A DNA stretch of 64,000 bases. Origin: Macrostomum hystrix (Eukaryota; Animalia; Platyhelminthes). The number at the start of each line of letters is the position of its first letter. Position 1 is the stretch's first letter. Of this stretch, positions 59,901 through 64,000 are shown piece after piece. Made by a program: the position numbers and the translations under genes. The notes below the pieces were generated by a model that was given only the letters and a program-made list of their open reading frames with translations, did not search any database and had not been told where the DNA came from. The stretch is taken from NCBI GenBank assembly GCA_950097015.1, contig CATNEN010000039.1:9982001-10046000 (forward strand), in the 5' to 3' direction.

Positions 59901-62900
59901 GTGGAATGCGCTAGCTCCAGACTGTTGACCTTGATCCATCGTGTGGAAAGCGCTAGCTCCAGACTGGTGACCTTGATCCGTCCTATCAAAAGCACTAGCT
60001 CCAGACTGTTGACCTTGATCCATCGTGTGGAATGCGCTAGCTCCAGACTGTTGACCTTGATCCATCGTGTGGAATGCGCTGGCGCCAGACTGTTGACCTT
60101 GATCCATCGTGTGGAATGCGCTAGCTCCAGACTGTTGACCTTGATCCATCGTGTGGAATGCGCTAGCTCCAGACTGTTGACCTTGATCCATCGTGTGGAA
60201 TGCGCTAGCTCCAGACTGTTGACCTTGATCCATCGTGTGGAATGCGCTAGCTCCAGACTGTTGACCTTGATCCATCGTGTGGAATGCGCTGGCGCCAGAC
60301 TGGTGACCTTGATCCATCGTGTGGAATGCGCTAGCTCCAGACTGTTGACCTTGATCCATCGTGTGGAATGCGCTGGCGCCAGACTGGTGACCTTGATCCA
60401 TCGTGTGGAATGCGCTAGCTCCAGACTGTTGACCTTGATCCATCGTGTGGAATGCGCTAGCTCCAGACTGTTGACCTTGATCCATCGTGTGGAATGCGCT
60501 GGCGCCAGACTGGTGACCTTGATCCGTCCTATCAAAAGCACTAGCTCCAGACTGGTGACCTTGATCCATCGTGTGGAATGCGCTAGCTCCAGACTGGTGA
60601 CCTTGATCCATCGTGTGGAATGCGCTGGCGCCAGACTGGTGACCTTGATTCATCGTGTGGAATGCGCTAGCTCCAGACTGTTGACCTTGATCCATCGTGT
60701 GGAATGCGCTGGCGCCAGACTGGTGACCTTGATCCATCGTGTGGAAAGCGCTAGCTCCAGACTGGTGACCTTGATCCGTCCTATCAAAAGCACTAGCTCC
60801 AGACTGGTGACCTTGATCCATCGTGTGGAATGCGCTGGCGCCAGACTGGTGACCTTGATCCATCGTGTGGAATGCGCTAGCTCCAGACTGTTGACCTTGA
60901 TCCATCGTGTGGAATGCGCTGGCGCCAGACTGGTGACCTTGATCCGTCCTATCAAAAGCACTAGCTCCAGACTGGTGACCTTGATTCATCGTGTGGAATG
61001 CGCTAGCTCCAGACTGTTGACCTTGATCCATCGTGTGGAATGCGCTGGCGCCAGACTGGTGACCTTGATCCATCGTGTGGAAAGCGCTAGCTCCAGACTG
61101 GTGACCTTGATCCGTCCTATCAAAAGCACTAGCTCCAGACTGGTGACCTTGATCCATCGTGTGGAATGCGCTGGCGCCAGACTGGTGACCTTGATCCATC
61201 GTGTGGAATGCGCTAGCTCCAGACTGTTGACCTTGATCCATCGTGTGGAATGCGCTGGCGCCAGACTGGTGACCTTGATCCGTCCTATCAAAAGCACTAG
61301 CTCCAGACTGGTGACCTTGATTCATCGTGTGGAATGCGCTAGCTCCAGACTGTTGACCTTGATCCATCGTGTGGAATGCGCTGGCGCCAGACTGGTGACC
61401 TTGATCCGTCCTATCAAAAGCACTAGCTCCAGACTGGTGACCTTGATGCATCCTCTGGAATGCACTCGCTCCGGCCTGCTCGCTATGGTCAACCCCATGA
61501 AAAGCGCTAGAGCCAACTTGAATACCGAACTCGAATGCAAATTGTAGATGTGTTCGCACGCCCGCATTTTCTGTGAACGGCGCGCAGACCACGTGACCGA
61601 TGGCCGGCTCTGGACACGTCTGGGCATCGCTCTGGACAGTCTCGACTCCAGCACAGACGGCTGCGTCGATACACGTGATGCCAGTTGAAAAGCTCTCGTG
61701 AGCGGCCTTCGGTGCTGAGGTTTGAGCACTTGCCGACACTAACTGGGCACCGGCCTGCACAGAGACATCGTTGGCAGCCTCATCAGCGGGTCGGCACTGG
61801 GCGCCCGTCTCGCACAGAAATTCATCGCGCAGGTCATGCTTTGGGTTGTCGATGCACCGATCGATAGAATTTAACTTCCCGACAGCCAAAACTCTGGCTT
61901 CCATCTGGTTGACGCGACAACTTACTGAAGCTTCGACGCGATGCTCGGCTCGCTCCATTTGACGACGACGATGCAGATCGAGCGTGTCGCTGGCTCGGTC
62001 GATGCTGTTCCGAATACCACATGCCACAACGAACGCGCTGGTCGAGGAAAAACTATGTAGCAAGGTTTGGTTGGCCTCAGAAATGCGAGGTGGTCTGACC
62101 AGGACTGCTGACTGGCAGAAGCCTGCTTGTGTGCCTGTCTGAGCTGCCTGGTTTCGGAGAATTGGCTGTAGTGGCGGCGTCGGCTGCTTCGTCTTCACAA
62201 GCGCATTGGCTGACGAGGCTCCCACTGTAACACCGCTGACAGTTAGGTCCACTGAGCGATTGCCGACTGATGCGCCTAAGTCCAGGTGACCAACGCTGAC
62301 TGGAGCGGCGCTAGTAGCTTCAATGATTGCCTCCTTTGCGACAGTCGGCGCGCTTATGGCGGCGTCCAGATTCCGCTGCAGCAGTTGCAGTCGCTCCGTG
62401 CTGGTGCGGAGTAGCCGCTGCTGCTGTCTGGAACATGGTTATTTGACGATCAGGTTCAAGTGGAATCGGAATCCGATAACTAATCCACGAGTCCCGTCGT
62501 CTTACTCGAAATCCACGCCGGCACTGCCATTTCGATCGACTCCAGCTTCGATTTTACGAGAAGGGGCAGCGCCACAGTTGCAAATTGCTTCCGGCTCTTG
62601 AACACGGTAGCAGCAGCAGCAGCAGCAGCAGGCGCAGCTCGATCCGGATTGTTGAAGCTCGGCCCAGCTGGTGAGATGCTGCCACAGCTTGGACACCAGC
62701 GACTGCAACCGGACCAACTCGGTGGTCGACTGCCTGTACGGATCCGCGTCTGTCGCAAATGGTTTTCGGATGTTGTAACTGTCATTAACAATCAAATACT
62801 TTTTTAACGATGACATTTAGGGAAATTATTTTACAAAATATTAGTAGCTTACGAAGGCCGCTCCCTGTGCGCAATCGGCGTTCATACTCGGTGACTGATT

Positions 62901-64000
62901 CTGAAATTGTTAATTACAAGTCTCCTTGGAATTCAGATCCGCATTAACTTATATTCGTTGATCAAAGTCTCGCCGACGCCTATCACTCCTACAGCCACCT
63001 CACTTTTCTCTCTACCCTTAACATCGCATCGATTGGCTATTGGAGGGTTCAACTCAGTTCAAGCAGCCACCCCACTCCCTTTTCTACCCCTCACTTTGCT
63101 GCGATTGGCCCTCATCTAAACAATAACAAATCCAACTTGACAGTTCAATAAATCCAGTCCTAGAATTCCACACCATCTGTCCCGACGGTGCGAGCGCGGA
63201 GCTCAGCCAGCATTGAAGTCAGTCGGTTCCTGGCACCGCCCTCGGCATCCGCGGTGGCGTCCTCGGCAAGTAGGGTGCGCTCCAGTAGATCGTAAAACTC
63301 CTCTGCGTGAGCCACCTTGGAGACTGTAATCAGCTGAAAGGATGATAAATGGGCTGGTGATGGTTCGATGATTTAAACAATCTTCGAAGTTTTAAAAAGC
63401 TCGCAAACCGATTGTCTGTCAAGAAGGCTGGCAAAAAGTTGAGCGATGTGCGCCACCGTGTCCCGCTTCAGGCGAGCGATCAGCGCTGTCCATTGGTCCG
63501 AGAGCTGCCGCTTCAGCCTGCAGTTTAGTCGAGTTTGGGGTGAATCGCTGTGGCACTGACTCACAGGCTGACAGCACTTGGTTGAGCTCACCTGACAGCG
63601 CGATCGATCGAGTCCACATCGCGCGGCGGAATCCACACGACAATAGACGGCACAGCCACCTGTCTGCCGTCGCGAAGGCGCACCCGCCACTGGAGCTGGT
63701 CTGAGCGGTCCAGAATTGACAGCTCCTCACCTTGCGAGATGGAAAACTGAAATAAATTGAATGAGATCACATTTTGAATTTCTACTTCAGTAAAATGAAG
63801 TCAGACTGCGTTCTGTGTACCTCGGGCGTTTCGTAACGGCACGCGCAGATGCCGCGAAGTTGCTGCGACTTTCCTGGAGGCGGACAGCGACTGCCGACCG
63901 GTACCACCGAGTGCCCGGCGGCCACCAGATGGTCGACGGCTGCCCAATCACTCAGGCAGTGCTTAAGGGAATCCTGGAGTGAGTGAAACACGTTCGCTGT
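52707..64000 (-). CDS. Plakin-type SH3-domain protein with giant repetitive exon (3' part; gene starts beyond the window)
   Basis: Phase-compatible exons >64000-63821, 63746-63592, 63517-63409, 63333-63174, 62749-62506, 62427-55136 (7292 bp), probably 54845-54729, and 53281-52707. GICACRYETPE-FSISQGEELSILDRSDQLQWRV...VPSIVVWIPP resembles the SH3 inside plakin domains. The last two exons are less certain. Confidence 0.75.
53294..53580 (+). mobile_element. tRNA-derived CORE-SINE, family A, copy 3 (full head)
   Basis: A box TAGCCAAGTGG, B box GGTTCGATTCCC, CORE-like block and a 3' region shared with the other two copies. Confidence 0.82.
53641..54082 (+). mobile_element. 5'-truncated non-LTR retrotransposon end with (GTT)n tail
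   Basis: 13-bp TSD TTAGTCTACGCTA at 53628-53640 and 54083-54095 brackets a GC-rich body of about 160 bp (reads ARTLRYADCILSDA..., RTE-like C-terminus by eye) and about 270 bp of (GTT)n. Confidence 0.75.
54130..54362 (+). mobile_element. SINE-like element, family B, copy 4 (diverged)
   Basis: GGCTTGTCGTGCAATTTTCGC...AAAGTCAGGGCAGTTGTACAC matches the 2130 copy. Confidence 0.6.
55770..56970 (-). repeat. Coding 42-bp repeat (QVGCSVFDKQETEC)n
   Basis: About 28 in-frame units in the giant exon. Confidence 0.95.
58920..59405 (-). repeat. Coding 42-bp repeat (QVGSSYFSRAESDC)n
   Basis: About 8 near-identical units plus diverged flanking units. Confidence 0.93.
59650..61520 (-). repeat. Coding 42-bp repeat (QSGASAFHTMDQG[HQ])n
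   Basis: About 44 in-frame units, with a 336-bp higher-order duplication (60650-60961 vs 60986-61297). Confidence 0.95.

Noticed and set aside
55803-61547. Plus-strand ORFs of 238-632 aa
   Set aside because: Antisense shadows of the coding repeats in the minus-strand giant exon.

Overview
Eukaryotic (metazoan) genomic DNA: spliced, GC-rich exons separated by introns and spacers that are largely filled with minisatellites. A flatworm such as Macrostomum is my inference from the repeat landscape and the gene 5' ends, not a database result. Plus strand, 1-21.9 kb: five co-oriented genes, namely OSBPL9-like (3' part), TEN1-like, DCAKD, a divergent BIR-RING IAP and TAF1B-like. TEN1 and DCAKD exons begin at a splice acceptor in phase 0 where the start Met is expected, as in flatworm spliced-leader (SL) trans-splicing where the SL ends in AUG. 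At 24.5-29 kb a secreted fibrinogen-domain gene has a damaged 3' end, and its intron holds an intact IS630/Tc1/mariner transposon (about 311-bp TIRs, TA TSD, DD32E spacing). 31.6-39.3 kb is two large satellite arrays. Minus strand: a 108-aa two-exon neuropeptide-like precursor ending KR-CRMGRFSCPIG-stop (39.8-40.4 kb), a steroid-sulfatase-family gene with a GC-AG intron (47.1-51.0 kb), and the 3' part of a plakin-SH3 gene with a 7.3-kb exon of 14-aa repeats (52.7-64 kb). There are also three SINE families, a hAT MITE, other foldback elements and LINE remnants. Most long ORFs in the supplied track are translations of tandem repeats. All gene models, family calls and copy numbers were derived by eye.
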